Shown: one piece after another, positions 12,048-25,092 of the stretch
Position numbering within the stretch: position 1 is the first letter of the stretch
Layout: each line of letters starts with the position of its first letter
Notes under the pieces: model-generated
The model's database searches: none
What the model was told of the DNA's origin: nothing
The model's input: only the letters and a program-made list of their open reading frames with translations
Position numbers and translations under genes: made by a program
Assembly: GCF_032191835.1 (NCBI RefSeq)
Contig: NC_083228.1
Coordinates: 74,214,001-74,278,000, forward strand
DNA length: 64,000 nt
Reading direction: 5' to 3'
Source: Heteronotia binoei
Lineage: Eukaryota

Positions 12048-13383
12048 CTAAAAACCCACCATATACAACCATTATTTCTCATAATCAGAGCTTAGCCACC
12101 ACTCTTCTGATGTTATGATCAAATTGAGGTTTTTTGAAAAAAATTCCTTGTTTCCACATTTGAGACAGACTTTTAGAATGAGCTGCTTCACTTGTACAGC
12201 TCATCTAAACAGATCTTGCAGCAACAACAAAAGTTCCTAAAGGGAAAATACTGAACAATGGAACTGGTCAAATTAAAAAATGATCCATGCTGGAATTTTT
12301 TAAAATCCCCAACATCAGGTAAACTGTTTGGTTTCTAGTCATTTCTGCATCTAGTGCTCTGTATCTATAACTTCTTAACAATGCAGTCCTACAGCTGGTC
12401 TGTAAACTGCTTTGGATGGCCACCAAGCCCCACACCTAAATACCATGGAGGTGCACCAGTGTAATGTCCTGTGGATGCTGTCAGCATAAACTTGATGCAA
12501 CTGTGCAAGCACAGAAGTCTGAGGTGAGTAGCAGCAGGGTATACCAAGGAGGAACGGGGCTTAGAATACTAAGCCGTCCCTAGTGTCAACAACAATGCCC
12601 CAGCAAGAACACAGGTGCAAATAGAAGTACTGCCTCTGAACTTACTGGAAGTGAAAAGCAAAGTTTTCCTCATCTGCCTCCAGCAACTCCTACACAGCCA
12701 TGGTGCAGCTTACAATAACAATTCTGTCTGTAAACAATTGCAGCTCTTTTAAGTGCTATGTAAACTGCAGCCATGAATACCTTCTGTGAATATTCTCTTC
12801 TAAGATCCACTGATGCTATCCTAGTGTCTGATGCCTCCTGGTCTTGCCTGAAAGGGGCTGTAGCCTTTTAGGGAGATTTCCTCTGTCAAGTAAGCTGCAG
12901 AGGTGTCCAGATGGTATGGTTGGTGGCCATGATTTCCCTCCCTGTGCATCAACCTGCCAAAGGTGTATGTTTGCAGGAAGGATTCAAACCTCCATCTACA
13001 GAACACCAAGGTATGTTGTTGTGTCTTGGAACATCACAGTCCAAGGTAGTATGTGGACTATGCTTGTTCCTTGTTATACTGGGGGAGGAGCAGGGTATCA
13101 TTAGGATGGCATGTAAGCATAATCCTGAATAGGTTGGCAGCTTCCTTATATATGACTGACATGGGGTTTTTGTCAGCACGCTGTCATGTAACTGGTAGGT
13201 ATGTGAGTGGTCTCATTATAGACTGAAGTGCTGTTGCAAAGGTCTGATTTTCTTGATACCTTGGTCTTTTGAGAATTTCTTCTCTGATGATAAAGCAGAG
13301 GGTACTGAGTAACTATGTAACTGAACTGCACACTACCCATTTCTAGCCAATCACACAACACACCAATTTAAACATAGTTATAC

Positions 13384-13507
13384 CTTTTCCTTTTGACTGG
13401 AAATAACTCTGGGCTTTCTCTCGTGGGAGAAATGCTTTTGCTGCATGGACTCCTATGTCAATAAGGTAGCCATGATCTTCCACACTAGAGATGCATCCAG
13501 AGAGCAG
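13384..13507 (-). CDS. PDCD11: PDCD11 exon 6
   Basis: [41 protein letters not shown] + 1 nt; 124 nt. Confidence 0.94.
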
Positions 13508-14221
13508 CTGTTGGGAGAAGTAACACAGCTTAAAAGAAATTGTACTGCTTATCCATTCCCCACCCTGTAACACATGGATTTTTTTCTAAAAAGATCCTTT
13601 GCTCCTAGGAATTAACACAGTTTCCTCAAGCAACCCAGCAAACAAAGAGGAATTCCTCAAACCTGGAGCAAGGAGGAATAAATATTTTCCATGCAGTAGC
13701 TAGAAAAATTGAGGCTTGTCTGAGATCAAACAGGAACAGAAGGAACATGTTAAATGATAGTGCAGTGCTCTATTCTATGCATGGAAATGTTTTATTATAT
13801 ATTTTATTTTTTTAATATTCTATGTTTATTAATGTTTTTTAACTGTTGTTAGCCGCCCTGAGACAGTCAGGGGAGGACGGGATATAAATCTGATAAATTA
13901 ATAAATATTCACTCTGCCCTCCCTTTGTCCACAATCAGTTACAGAAATAGCAGAGATCAACTATATAAATTTCAGTTTCTCTCCCCAAATTGATTCATAA
14001 GTATTAAGGCTCCTCTGCCATAGAAAGATACCTAGCAGAGCAGAATTCTGACAGATGCAGCTGCTCCACCACTAGAGTATTACTACAACAAGATAATTTG
14101 CACTGGTGAAATTCTACTTCCTGCATACCTGTTGAAGGCACAGGGCCATCTTCCCTACATCACCACCAGAAAACCTAAGGGCCAGTATCTTTCAAACTCA
14201 GACAAGTAATAATTGTCATAC

Positions 14222-14383
14222 CATGCCTGTTCTCAGAGCTGCAGTGTTCAAAGCCTTGTTGACATCTTTGGGATCAATCGACAGTTGTATCCCATGATGT
14301 CCTTCTGCAACCTTCTCCACACCAATCACAGCACATCTGAGAAGCATTCCTGGTGAGAACAGCTCTGAAAGAGGGCTCAAGTC
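14222..14383 (-). CDS. PDCD11: PDCD11 exon 5
   Basis: DLSPLSELFSPGMLLRCAVIGVEK...IDPKDVNKALNTAALRTGM; 162 nt. Confidence 0.93.
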
Positions 14384-15553
14384 CTGCAAGAAAGAATTTT
14401 ATGGGATTAAAGAGTAAAATAATGCATGATAACCCAAATCAATAGTGATAGCCAACTACTGACTGAAAAGTCTACCCATATGAACTGTGCTGCCTGCAGC
14501 AGTATAATAATTTGTTCGGATGTGCCAAGAAGAAAACATAGTAGTTTGGGAGACAGCCATTCAGCTGTCCAAAGCTTAATTTCTCTCTACTATAGGAGGC
14601 AGACTGAAGGCAACTATCAACCTGATATTTGAATATTATTGGCAATTTCTGCTTCAAACAGAAAATGCAAAAAAGATATGATTCAAGGTCCCCAAGCTGT
14701 ATGAAAAAGTAGTTTTATTTTCAGAGGAGTAGCCATTTTAGTCTGTTGCCACACAAATAACAAACAGCAAGACTAACAAATGTGTTGCATCAGAAGCTTT
14801 CATGAGCGACAACCCACTTCATTAAATCAGGACTGGTTGGGGCAATAAAGGGCCAGAATGGATCCCAGGTGGCAAGAGAGGAGGCATACATTTTTCTCTC
14901 ATGCTATGGCCACCTCTCTGAGAGACACCAGATAGGGTGTTCTGAGCTTCCTATTCTTGCAGGGGGGGGGAGGTAGGCTGCAGTGAAACTCCACCTCCTG
15001 TTCTGAAACCATTATGAAATGGTTAAAAGAAGGGTGGCTACTCCCATCCACAAACACAATGGACAACAGCAGAGATGGTGTGTGCTTCATACCATGCCAT
15101 GGCTCCTGATCTGGGACCCTTGCAAGGCATGATAGAGGCCTTTCCTCTGCATTCTCCCTCAGAGCCTGCAAGCATAGCAGGGAAAAGGGCAAGGGCAGTT
15201 GGGATGGTTCAATAGCTTGAATTGCCCTTGCACCAGATGCACTGAGGCTGTTGTTTATTTTGTTTCCATTGAACTGGCAAGATCTTAATTTCAATGTACA
15301 TTCAGAACTTTTTGTATTGTGCAAAACAGTAAACATACAATAATAAGCAGTAGTACTAGATTCAGTTATAGTAGCTGATCAAAATCTGTGTTAATATTAA
15401 GTGTTCTATACCACTGCTTCAGGGCAGACTATGCAGAGCAAAAGCAAGTAACAGAACATGCAAGAGAATCCCCTGCAGAATTGAAGAAACCTGTTTCTGG
15501 AACTCTTGATTGGTACTTGCAGAATTCAATCATAATCATTCACTACCTCTTAC

Positions 15554-15721
15554 CTCTACTGGCTTATCTGTGGCCACCTGCTCACTCAGCATTTTGCTGT
15601 AAGCCTCACATATGCGTGTCACCTGGACATTTCCAGAAAGCCCATTTGGTAAGCTGATTGTAAGCTCATACTCATTACACTCTTTCACACAGCCCAAGAC
15701 CAGTGTTCCATCAGTGAGACA
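15554..15721 (-). CDS. PDCD11: PDCD11 exon 4
   Basis: [56 protein letters not shown]; 168 nt. Confidence 0.94.
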
Positions 15722-15879
15722 CTGTTGAATAAACACACACAAACAATTAGGGACTATGGGAGACAAGCATATTCTAGGTGTTTTACACATTTGACTACAA
15801 AATGGATGATCCTGAAGGAGCCTTGAAGTTTATAACCGGACCTAAAATAGCCAAAGCAAAAAATAAAACAGAATTCTTC

Positions 15880-17040
15880 ATCTTCTAGATTATGTTATAA
15901 TAAATGTTAATTAAATGTTATTTAAAATCTATATGCAGCCTCTTGCCCAAACGGTACGTATGTTTGGACTGGGTTGTCACCAGTATGCAGATGACATCCA
16001 GCTATTATCTGTTAATGGACAGCCAGCCAAACACCACCCTAAATATTTTAGCCAAGGGCTTGGAGGCTGTGGTTGGCTGGCTGAAACAGAGCTGACTGAA
16101 ATTAAGTCTATCAAAGATGGAGGTCCTGTGGCTGAATCAGAGAGACCTGAGACTGGGGTGCCAGCTCCCGACTCTGGACAATGTATTATTAACACCAGTG
16201 TCAATGTATTATTAACACCAGTGAATAGTCTAGGTGTGATCCTTGATGCCTCCCTTTCAGTGGAGGCCCAGGTAACAAATGTAGCCAGATTGGCATTTTT
16301 TCATCTATACCAGGTCAGGCAACTGATCCTGTCTCACCCTGATTTAGCCACAGTGATCCTCAAAGGGTCACCCCCAGGCAAGACTACTGTAACTCGTTCT
16401 ATGCAGGGCTCCCCTTGAGGCTGACTTGGAAGTTACAACTGATCCGAACATAATCTAGAGCCCATATACAACTGGTGCTTGGCCAACTGCACTGGCTCTA
16501 AGTTGAATACTGGATCAGATTTGAGATCTTGTTTTGACCTTCAAAGCCCTGAGACCAATATATCTTTGGGACTGTCTCGCCTCATATGTCCCCCAAGGAG
16601 CATTATGCTCAAATAATAATAATCTCCTGGTGGTTCCTGACCTGAAATATATCCGTCTGGCCTCAACTTAATCTAGGGCCTGAGCTTTAGCCCCAACCTG
16701 GTGGAACACCCTTCCAGATGAAATCTAGGCCCTGCAGGACTTAATGCGGTTCCCCAGGGCCTGCAAGACTGAAATGTTCTGCCAGGGGTACAGTAGAGGC
16801 AATGATAGCTTCTAGATTGGCCCCCTCCTCGTCTCCAGCCACCAACTCTGTCAGTTGTAATATCCACACAAGATGCACAATCCTTCCCTCGAGAGCTTGC
16901 AAATTTTGCCTTATGTGCCATCTGTTTGATTATTAACTGTACTGAAATGGATTTTAATTTGATATTGTATTTATTCTTTTAACCATTATTGTTACCTGCC
17001 CTGAGTCCTACTGTGCAGGGGAAGGAGGGCAAAAAATCAA
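15880..17040 (+). mobile_element. Degenerate L2-clade LINE 3' part
   Basis: Translations contain FKIYMQPLAQTVRMFGLGCHQYADDIQL; 3' tail CTGCCCTGAG; many stops. Confidence 0.85.
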
Positions 17041-17175
17041 ACAAATCAAGAGATAATACATGAACTAGCTCCCAAAACCACTACGGTGTATAATTTACAA
17101 CTGATCCCTGGGATATAATATGAAATACAGATTCAAAACATTATTCAAAACAAACAGATACAAAATATGCCTAAC

Positions 17176-17307
17176 CTCAGTTGTCAGAAGTTCAAAATCC
17201 TTTGCATTGGTTTTTACAACTGCTTTCTTCTCTGTCTTGAGTTTTTTTGGTTTTGCTTGATCCTGCTGGGTTTTCTTTCTTTTCAGAGTTTGCTCTTCAT
17301 GTTGTGT
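17176..17307 (-). CDS. PDCD11: PDCD11 exon 3
   Basis: TQHEEQTLKRKKTQQDQAKPKKLKTEKK...DFELLTTE; 132 nt; basic region in the expected position. Confidence 0.9.
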
Positions 17308-18059
17308 CTAAGATAGATTTTTTTTTAAAAAAAAACACTTAACATATGCACAAGGATAGACACTTGCCTATGCAACATTCATTATGACTGATTCTGAAAC
17401 TCAAAACCTCTTGTACATGTGCAGTCTTATCCCCAGATTGAATTTGCACTGATAACACAATTAAGGAAGGCTACTACTAAGGGTTTCTATTAAGAAGGCT
17501 ACTATTATTTCAGTCACAATCACAGGAATAATTTCTAGTCTACTGCAGAAAAATCTGTCATAGGCCCAGTGAAAATGCCTTGGAAATAAATTCAAAGGGA
17601 CATAACATTCAAAATGTTTAAGAGTATCAGAAATTGAAACATTCTCAACATAACATGCGTAAAATACCACAAATAATGAAAATGTAAAACTAATGTTATT
17701 TTCTGCATGGATATTTGATGAGTGGCTTAAATCTTGAACTCTAACAGGCACACATACCAATTCTAATTTAATAGAAGTTAGTTAAACACTGGGTCACATG
17801 CTTTCATAAATTTGCATTATAAACCCTTTGCCCTCCACAAGACAATTCTGCTTCAAGAAATTTTGAGAGTAACTCAATATGATTAGTAAAAGAAAAGGTG
17901 AAAAATCATTATATTCATTAAAGTCTTGGGAATCACCAACATGAAATGAAATAAGCAAATAATCTGGGTAAAGGGCTTATAATGCCTTGGATACTGGACC
18001 GCTGGGGCGACATACACCGATGATCTGATTAAGTTTCATATATTTATTATTTGCATTAC

Positions 18060-18164
18060 TTTGAATAAGTTATCCTGATCCACTGTTGGCTGTTTTGCTG
18101 CTTTTCCTTCTCGTGTTGTCTTCTGTGTGCCCCCTCGAGGGAAGTTCTCTTCTATAGAAGACAT
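18060..18164 (-). CDS. PDCD11: PDCD11 first coding exon (exon 2; 5' UTR part probably extends to 18217)
   Basis: MSSIEENFPRGGTQKTTREGKAAKQPTVDQDNLFK carries the RRP5 N-terminal FPRGG and DNLF motifs; ATG at 18164. Confidence 0.94.
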
Positions 18165-18501
18165 GGTTGTCTTTCTGGGAAGAAAGCCACAAAACTGTCT
18201 GCATCAACAAACTTCACCTACAAAGGTAAGATCAATATGTACAAACATATGAGCATGTTTAATATGACAGCAAGCATTAAGTATATATTTTTCATTTTCA
18301 ATAACTACTCATTAGTTAGAATAAATCAACTCTCCCTGATTTGTTGTGGCACTCAAACAGTTCAATTTTATACCAGCAGCCTTGTCAATTCATAACAACA
18401 TGAACCACGCTAGTGGTTCTAATACATTGTTTTGTCTTTGTCAATATTTTGAGACAAAAAGAAAGGAAAGATGACTTCAAGTAGCTAGAACAAGACATGG
18501 G

Positions 18502-20610
18502 CAGCCCAATCCAGACATATGTAGCGGCTGGCTGCTCGGGCGTGGGCGGATCTATGGCGTCGCTCGTTGGCTTCCAAAGGAGAGATGTTACGCCACGCTT
18601 GGAGAAGGAAGAGCAGCCAGATGAGCGAGAGAGAACCTGTCGCCGTGGTGATTCCGCTCAGGCACAAGCCATTGGCCCACTGCCGAGGCAGGGGTGGGGG
18701 AGGCGCAGGCATGCGCGGGACCACGGGATTGGCCAGCCCATTGCATGTGACCGGGCGAGGGGGCAGAAAGCCTGCACCTGAGATGCTGTCAATCCCCCCA
18801 CTCCCTCCCGCTGTCAGAGACTCTGTCAATGGCAGGCAGGCAGGCGGGCAGAGGCATGTGCGGACAAGCAGGAAGTGCCAAGTGCAGGAGTTCGCTGTCC
18901 TAGACAGCAGCTGGAATGTGTGTCTGGGAGCGGCCAGACCAAGTCCGAAAGACACCCCCTGGAGACCCCCCCCCCCCGGTGTTGCCCTGCTGCCACCCCC
19001 TGCTATGTGCAAGGAACACCTCCCCTGGGGGCCGCAGAACTCAGGAGTGCAAGCCACTGGACATGCATCCACTTTAGCTACCCCCCCCAAGTACCCAGCT
19101 CACAACAGCCCTGTGTGGTCGGGTAGGCCATCAGCCCAGGCAGGTTGAGGGGCGGCAACCCCCCTCCCGTCCAGCCCTGCGGGGGGGCAGCTCATAGCCC
19201 ATTCCTCCCCCCCCCCAAGAACCAAGTCTGCCCACTCTCCCAGGCATTCCCTCGGAGAGGCCACTGACGGGGGGGGGGGGGGAAGTTGCCCCGAGAACGT
19301 GCAGCAGATGCCAAGCAGGAGAGACAACAGAAAGCACAGCTCAGACTTTATTTTTTCCGGAACAGAGTACAACAGTCTCCCTGGAGCGTGCTGGGAAGTC
19401 TCGCTGTGGCAGAGCTCCATTCCAAGTGGCAGGCAGCAGCAGCTGAGGAGTGGGGAGGGGGGCGGTGGAGCAACACACGCGGAAGCCTCTGTGTTGGAGT
19501 CCCACCTGCAAAACAGAGATAGAGATCAAGAGCACCTGCAGGGGCGGCAGCTGGAAGAGCAGGCTGCATTTCAGCTGGGCACTCTCTTAAAGGGACAGTC
19601 TCTGACCCATCTCCCCGCATCGGGGCAGCTGCCCCCCCCACACACACACGTGCCCTTCCAGGGGTTGGGAATGCGGCAGAGGGCAGACCAGGGGAAGGGA
19701 GCAGGCAGAAGCACAGGCAGCACAGGCTCAGCAAATGCCCCCTGCTGGAGCCCACTGCTGGGTTCAAGTGCCAGAGATGCTCGCACACCGAGCAGTCGAG
19801 AGGGGAGGAGGAGGACGGGGGGGGGGGCATGGAACTTACCCAGCCATGGGCGACAGTCCTTACATGCAGAGCCTCCAGGAGCCTGGAACCTGTGGAGACC
19901 TGGAAACAAGAGCAGTTAGCCCCAGGGGAGAGACCTCTCTCTCCCCCTCGCAAGTCAAAGTTACTGTCAAAGCAACCGCACAGTGCAAAATCCATCACCA
20001 ACGTGCCTGCTTGTCCCTCATTCTAAGTCTGTGTGGCCGGGAGCTCGCCAGCAGATTTTCCCGTCACACGAACCTGTCCCTAACAACTGAGTTGTGCGAG
20101 GCAGAGTGGAAGTATTTCTAGGAGGGGGGGCTGCAATTGAGCGCCGGGGATGGGGCTCACCAGGTCGAGGCGCGAGGAGATTGGTAAGGCAATCACGCCG
20201 CTCCCTAAGGGATTTGCAAGCTTCCGCAGCAGCAGAGGCGACCTTTGTTTTTGGTTTCAACAAGTGCCTATGGGTTTCAATGAGTACCTACGGGACATTT
20301 TTTCAGGCGTAACGTAGCGCCTCTCGGGGGGGGGTGTCATGGGCCAAACTGCTCAGGAAGCCGCCAAAGCTTGGCCGTGCCCCCAACTCCACCCCCTCTT
20401 CCGCCTGAGCACTGCGCTCTGCCTCACTTCCACCCATGCTCGGGCGCAGCACTCTGGCAGAGCAGCTCTCGGGCGGCCCCCCGCCCACGTAACTTCCCTC
20501 CACTGTGGTGGCACCGGTCGTACGTCGGCGCAAACCCTTCCTGCGCCCATGTAGTGGCTCGTCTGCTCCCAAAAGTCTTTCCACCACCACCCCTCCTTCG
20601 GATTGTGCTG
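18502..20610. mobile_element. 2.1 kb GC-rich TIR-bounded element (possibly PIF/Harbinger-derived)
   Basis: CAGCCCAATCC (18502) and GGATTGTGCTG (20600-20610) are 10/11 inverted; sharp AT-to-GC composition change at both ends; no clean TSD or recognisable transposase. Confidence 0.5.
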
Positions 20611-20965
20611 TAGCTCTCGAGTACTGCATGTCATATATTGAAGACCTCAGCAGAGTTACACCCTTTTGAGTCAAATTACTAAAAATGACTTCTCAGAACT
20701 GTACCACATCGTCAAACTACAATGTGTTCAATTATCTGCCATGACAAATGGATATAAAAATAAGTCTACTTTTGTAGCTTACAGATGCACTCAGAGGAAA
20801 AGAACGAAGATGAGCAAAAATCAGAAGTGCATCTCATGTTACAGATAGGGCGAAGATAGAACCCTAGGTCTCAAAATGTTAAAAAGTTACTCTTCTACAC
20901 TGCATATAAACCAGAATTCCATGGCTCAGAAAATTTTGCAAGAACTACACAATACATTGCATTAC

Positions 20966-22517
20966 AACTATTGGCGAACCATCGGCCGGTATCAAACCTT
21001 CCCTTTTTGAGAAAGGTTATAGAGTGGGCGGTGGCAATTCAGCTACAGGAATTCCTGGATGACACTTCTGCACTGGATCCATTCCAGTCTGGCTTTCGAC
21101 CAGGTCACGGGACGGAGATGGTTCTGGTCGCCCTCATAGATGACCTAATGCGACATCGGGATCAGGGCAGCTCAGCGGTGCTGTTATTATTAGATCTGTC
21201 AACCGCATTTGATACAGTTGACCGTCAGCTACTGACTAGTCGCTTTGCCGACGTGGGGATTCAGGGGTCCGCCTTACAGTGGTTGGCCTCCTTTCCCCAA
21301 GATCGGGGACAAAGGGTGGTGATAGGGGAGGAATCATTCCAAAGGCACCCACTTATATGTGGTGTGCCACAGGGTGCGGTTCTGTCCCCGATGTTATTTA
21401 ACATCTATATGCGCCCCCCTGCCCAGATTGTCAGGAGGTATGGGCTGGGATGTCACCAATATGCAGATGACACCCAGCTCTATCTATTGATGGGTGGCCA
21501 GTGCGGCTGTACTCCGGAAAATCTAGACCTGGCTCTTCAAGCCGTAGCATCTTGGCTCAGGCTGAGTCGGCTGAAGCTGAATCTGACGAAGACGAAGGTT
21601 CTCTACCTGAGTTGGGGTGGTCCGGGGAGGAGATCGGTCTGCCGGCTCTTGATGGGGTGTCACTAATACCGACCCTTAAGGTCAAGAGCTTGGGTGTACT
21701 CCTTGAGTCCTCTCTTACAATGGAGGCCCAGGTAGCAGCCACTACTAGATCTGCCTTTTTTTCATCTTCGGCGGGTGCGGCAGTTGGCCCCTTTCCTGGA
21801 GCATGACGACTTAAGCAGTGGTGATCCATGCTACGGTCACCTCAAGAATAGATCACTGCAATGCTCTCTACATGCTAGTGCAGAACGCTGTGGCACGGCT
21901 GTTAATGGGGCTCCCCTGATGGGAGCACATTCAGCCAGTGCTGAAAGAGCTGCGCTGGCTACCTATATTGTTTCAAGTCCGTTTCAAGGTGTTGGTATTG
22001 ATCTTTAAAGCCCTTTATGGTCAGGGGCCTGTCTATCTGCGGGAATGCCTTTCTCCACATGTTCCCCAGAGAGCACTGCATTCAGGGATAAAAAATCTAT
22101 TGTCCATCCCTGGACCAAAGGAGGCTAGATTGTGTTCGACACAAGCTAGGGCTTCTCACTGGCAACACCAGAATTGTGGAATGCTCTCCCAGAGGCCATA
22201 AGGGCCCTGCGGGATCTTTCCACTTTCCGCAGGGCCTGTAAGACCGAACTGTTCCAACAGGCCTTTGATATCTAGCCAGGAGAGAACTGCCACCCGACAT
22301 CGTATAGAGTATTAGGTGATCACCGTCAGAAAATAACAACTCGGCTATATTGTAGTGATACAGCACCACAAAATGTTTTTAAAATCTTAAATTGTAATTA
22401 TGTTTTATTGGTTTTTACTGGTTTTAAATTGTGAATATGAATGTTGTCAGCCGCCCTGAGTCTGCTTGTGGAGAGGGCGAGATAGAAATTTAAAGTAATA
22501 AATAATAAATAAATAAA
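20966..22517 (+). mobile_element. 5'-truncated L2-clade LINE
   Basis: RT motifs HRPVSNLPFL, PQGAVLSP, QYADDTQLY; frameshifts; (AAAT)n tail. Confidence 0.92.
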
Positions 22518-22755
22518 CTAGCTTCTTTCACTTGCTGGTTAGAAAATATAAGAGCTAGGCAGAAAATATAAGGAGCTGGCTGCTTCCATATTATTCAGCA
22601 ACATCTTTATGTAAAATTGTATTCTTGTTTACAGATGAAGTTCTTAGAATGTAGTTAACTGGAAAAGCAGCAGAAATCAGCAAAAGCAGATTTCTCCATC
22701 ACTGTTAGGAAAGGACTTGTTGATTTCTGCATATGCAGTTATCAATGGCATTGGT

Positions 22756-24315
22756 CAGAGGTGTCAAACATATGGCTGATGCAGCCGCACTGTAGCTTGT
22801 TTTTTTCTCAGCTCCCTCAGTGGCCCTTTGCTTCCTGCTTTTTGCCTCCCTTCTCCCTTGCTCACTCTCTCACACTCACAGCTTACACAGTGGCATTGTG
22901 CAGGAGAGATACAAAGACCAACCCCCCCCCACACACACACATAGAGTTTCTGCTCCCTCCTCTGCAGCTGCTCCTCCTCTTTTGGAGAGGAGTGGGGAGG
23001 AAAGCGAGCGTTCTTTCTCTACTGTTATACCATCCATTGTCATCCCGTACAATGACTCACCATCTGAACTATTATATTCCGGCTGATAATTATGTTTTAA
23101 TCTGCAGTGTACCCACTCTGCCGTGTTATACTTTACTGAGCTGTGTTGTTTTAATTGTATACTATTAATTTATTGTTGGATTTTAATTGTTTTTATTATG
23201 TTTGTAATCCGCCCTGAGCCCTTATGGAAAAGGGTGGAAAATAAATCTGCCAAATAAATAAAAATAAATAAAGAGAGAAAAGGGAAACAAAGTTGGAGTC
23301 CCATGGCTGCTTCAGGACCAACTATGTTTTATACCAGGTATAAGCTTTTGTGTTCAAGCACACTTCTTCAGAGGGAGAAAGGGAGGATGGATTGTTCTAA
23401 CAAGCACAATTTACATTGAGGAAAGTATTTTGGCTTATTCTGAAAAGTTTATTTTTAAAGATTGTATTTCTCTGTTCCTATCTGGATTTTTTTTTAAAAA
23501 AAAGACTCTGATTAGGAATTAAAACACTTTGACTGGTCCTTATATCTTGAAAAGTAGAGTGATTTCAGATGTCAAATGTTAGCACACACTGGTAATGAGA
23601 CAGGAAAGCTAGGTTTCAATTCAATCCAGGAGGCTGCATTGCCTTAGCTTCATTATCAGTTGCAATTCAGCAGTCTCTCTTTCTAACCTCCCTTTGAAAT
23701 TCCTTTGTAAGAGCACTGCTATTCTTAGGTCAGCAACTGAATGTTCTGATGAGAGCCAGTTTGGTGCAGTGGTTAAGTGTGTGGACCCTAACCTGAGAGA
23801 ACTGGGTGTTTCCCCACTCCTTCATATGTACCTGCTGAATGACCTTGGGTCAGTTATATTTCTTGAACAAGCTGCTCTCTCAAGAGTGGTTGTCAAAAGA
23901 GCTCTCAGCCCCACCTACCTCACAGGGCATCTGTTGTGGGGAGAGGAAAGGAAAGGAGATTGTAAATCACTCTGAGACTGAGTGAAGTACAGGATAAATC
24001 CAACCTCTTTTTCTTCTTCTAATGCCAGACTTCTGTCCATTTATTCTTTGCATCTTCCTGGACTGAATCCTCCCGGATGGAATTGAGACCAGTGCTGGTA
24101 TCTTCATGCCTACTACTCCTCTGCTTATCACACCTAATCTAATCAAGCCTGCTAATGTAATTTACCTGCTATTGTCATTCAACATCTGAAATAATCTTTA
24201 TATAGTTTATATCTCTGGTACTTTGTGTTACGTTTTATGGCATGCATGGCCCGGCCCAACAAAGTGACATTTATGTCAGATTGGGCCCTCATAACAAATG
24301 AGTTTGACTGCTCTG
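22756..24315. mobile_element. Old hAT MITE with nested L2 tail (~23040-23280) and SINE (~23750-24020)
   Basis: Ends CAGAGGTGTCAAAC / GTTTGACTGCTCTG; TSD GCATTGGT/GCATAGGT; ends match the element at 51851-52420 in reverse. Confidence 0.7.
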
Positions 24316-24591
24316 GCATAGGTGCTCTAATCTTTTTTAAACTATTTTCATGCCATGATTTTCAAATAACTGATACTGCATTGAATAGGTAAAGGAAGGA
24401 CAAAGCTGAAACCACTCACATTCAAAACTGCACACCAGTCTTGCACATTTTTACTAGGCTGTGTGCCCACACATTATCTGTGTAAAATCCAAAATTAGTA
24501 AGATGTTTTTAAAGAAGTTGCCATGAGGCAAGACTTAACTCACCACAGACAACCAGCCAGGTGTCTAGTTTCTATTACAGTAGTCCTAAAG

Positions 24592-25092
24592 CAGGGGTCC
24601 ATGGTAGTTCTAAAGCAGGGGTCCTAAACCCCCGGTCCATGAACCAGGACAAGTCCATGGCCTGTTAGCAACCAGGTCATGAGTTGTATAATTATTTCAT
24701 TATATATTACAATGTAGTAATAAAAATAAGACGACATTGGATTTATATCCTGCCCTCCACTCTGAATCTCAAAGTGGCTCACAACCTCCTTTATCTTCCT
24801 CCCCCACAACAGACACCCTGTGAGGTGGATGGGGCTGAGAGAGCTCTCCCCAGAAGCTGCCTTTTCAAGGACAACTCTGCGAGAGCTACGGCTGACCCAA
24901 GGCCATTCCAGCAGCTGCAAATGGAGGAGTAGGAAATCAAACCCGGTTCTCCCAGATAACTTAACCACCACACCAAAATAAAGTGCACAATGGTATCATC
25001 CCAAAACCATCTCAGCCCCCACCCACCCAGTCCATGGAAAAATTGTCTTCCACAAAACTGGTCCCTGGTGCCAGAAAGGTTGGGGACCGCTG
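24592..25092 (+). mobile_element. hAT-Charlie MITE resembling MER1, with a nested SINE (~24729-24977, minus)
   Basis: TIR CAGGGGTCC...GGGGACCGCTG; TSD TCCTAAAG (24584-24591, 25093-25100). Confidence 0.8.

Noticed and set aside
12790-13200. Cluster of short ORFs in PDCD11 intron 6
   Set aside because: No recognisable motif; not needed for the in-frame PDCD11 exon chain; probably an old repeat
18485-20674. Many overlapping 100-217 aa ORFs as a novel host gene
   Set aside because: ORFs occur on both strands and in most frames, as expected from GC-rich low-complexity DNA; no recognisable domain; bounded by TIR-like ends
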